Source of the DNA: Desulfosoma sp.
GTDB taxonomy: Bacteria; Desulfobacterota; Syntrophobacteria; Syntrophobacterales; DSM-9756
DNA: 64,000 bases
Reading direction: 5' to 3'
Assembly: GCA_037481835.1 (NCBI GenBank)
Contig: JBBFKW010000013.1
Coordinates: 32,001-96,000 of the forward strand
This document shows, in pieces, positions 62,865 through 64,000 of the stretch (position 1 is its first letter; the number at the start of each line of letters is the position of its first letter). The position numbers and the translations under genes are program-made. The notes under the pieces were generated by a model. That model had not been told where the DNA came from, did no database searches, and saw only the letters and a list, made by a program, of their open reading frames with translations.

Positions 62865-64000
62865 ATGACCGAAGAAGAACTCATGGAAAGGCTCCGGCAC
62901 GCTTTCTTGGGGGAAGCCCGGGAGCGGTTGGATTCCCTGACGGCGCATCTGGAAGCCTTGGAAAGACAGGACGATTTTGCCCGGCGCAAGGAATCCCTGG
63001 AGGTCGCCTACCGGGAAGTCCACAGCCTGAAGGGCGCGGCCCGAGCCGTCGGCTTTTCCGATGTGGAGGCCGTGTGCCAGACGGCCGAAAGTGTCCTTTC
63101 GGCCTTAAAAAGGGAACAAATCCCCGTGTCTCGTGACGTCCTGGGCGCTCTGTACCAGGTGCTATCCTTCGTGGAAAAGGCCGTGCAAGGAGAACCCGAC
63201 CGAGAATCCGTGTCGGCCCTGTGCCGCCGTTTGGAATCCCTGCTCCGCACTCCATCGCAAGAAAAGGCCTCCCTCCAAGAAGACTCGGTCTCTCCTCAGA
63301 AAGCTCGGCTGAGGGGGGCGGAGACGGCCGCGCCGGATCTCTGCCCTCCCCAGGCTTCAGGGGCTGGGACGGCACCCGGGGCCGAGCCCTCTCAAGGGCC
63401 CATGGCAGAAGCGCCACGGGCCTTCTCGGAAACGGCTCTTTCTTCCGGGCCGGCTTCCGAAAAGCAAGCGGAACGGGCGGGTGACGGGGGTTCGGAACCG
63501 GATAAGGCCCCGGTCGGCCGAGGGCCCTCAGGGGCGCCTCAGGGAAGCTACGCCGTGCGCGTGGACGTGCATCGGCTGGATGTGTTTTTGAAAAGGGCCG
63601 AAGAGCTCATTTCCGCCAAGTTGGCCATGGCCCAGCATCTTGGGAGCCTCAAAGACCTGCGTCGTCGGTTCGATCACATGAAAAAGCAATGCACCTCGGG
63701 GGCGAGGGAGCTCCGATGGCTGAAAGATTCGGCCCATCAGGACACCGGCGCAGCCGTTTCCGTCCCGGCGAAGAAGGTGTTGGAACTCAAACGTTTTATG
63801 GAAGAAAATCAAAAGACGTTGCACGCCCTCGGAGAAGAAGTGGCGCGGGCGGTGGCGTCCGCCGAGGACAACGCCCGGTATCTGGCCACCTTGGTGGATG
63901 AACTCATGGAAGGAGCCAAGGAGGTTCTGCTGCAGCCTTTCGCCTTGGTGCTCCGCGGGCTTTCCCGCATGGTTCGCGACCTGGCGGAAAACCTTGGAAA
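62865..64000 (+). CDS. cheA: CheA-like kinase (runs off the window end)
   Basis: Hand translation gives MTEEELMERLRHAFLGEARERL...YREVHSLKGAARAVG (HPt), a low-complexity linker, then AVRVDVHRLD and MVRDLA. Confidence 0.9.
   Translation, partial: MTEEELMERLRHAFLGEARERLDSLTAHLEALERQDDFARRKESLEVAYREVHSLKGAARAVGFSDVEAVCQTAESVLSALKREQIPVSRDVLGALYQVLSFVEKAVQGEPDRESVSALCRRLESLLRTPSQEKASLQEDSVSPQKARLRGAETAAPDLCPPQASGAGTAPGAEPSQGPMAEAPRAFSETALSSGPASEKQAERAGDGGSEPDKAPVGRGPSGAPQGSYAVRVDVHRLDVFLKRAEELISAKLAMAQHLGSLKDLRRRFDHMKKQCTSGARELRWLKDSAHQDTGAAVSVPAKKVLELKRFMEENQKTLHALGEEVARAVASAEDNARYLATLVDELMEGAKEVLLQPFALVLRGLSRMVRDLAENLG

Overview
GC-rich, gene-dense chromosomal window. Gene content (HdrA/Flx cluster, desulfoferrodoxin, DVU0298-like protein, selenoproteins) suggests an anaerobic Desulfobacterota sulfate reducer or syntroph; this is an inference. 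In order: (1) yhaM-tmk-holB-ricT(PSP1)-metG housekeeping operon on the minus strand; (2) divergent DUF4126-like membrane protein, two tandem dynamin-like GTPases, a small membrane protein and PpiD/SurA; (3) tkt, PLP trans-sulfuration enzyme, an internally deleted DsrE-like gene and a class I GATase; (4) TonB receptor plus metal/cobalamin-type ABC importer and a hybrid kinase; (5) a probable electron-bifurcation cluster (giant HdrA/HdrL, FlxD/C/B/A-like, HdrD/DsrK-like), where two genes that look broken in the ORF track contain in-frame TGA codons at conserved Cys positions followed by SECIS-like hairpins, i.e. probable selenoproteins; (6) a ~17 kb oxidative-stress/metal block (Tpx, Dfx, ferritin, three ferritin-like proteins, ZIP, octaheme cytochrome c, TlpA, Prx, flavodoxin, YyaL, SagB-type, CopZ/CopA, a rubredoxin missed by the ORF track, ferredoxin); (7) a REC-PAS-PAS-PAS histidine kinase split by a one-base frameshift at a C8/T6 homopolymer, divergent from a Wsp/ACF-like chemosensory cluster. 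Dispersed REP-like palindromes occur in three intergenic regions. I saw no CRISPR array, rRNA, tRNA or intact transposase. All family calls come from recognising motifs by eye; no database search was run.
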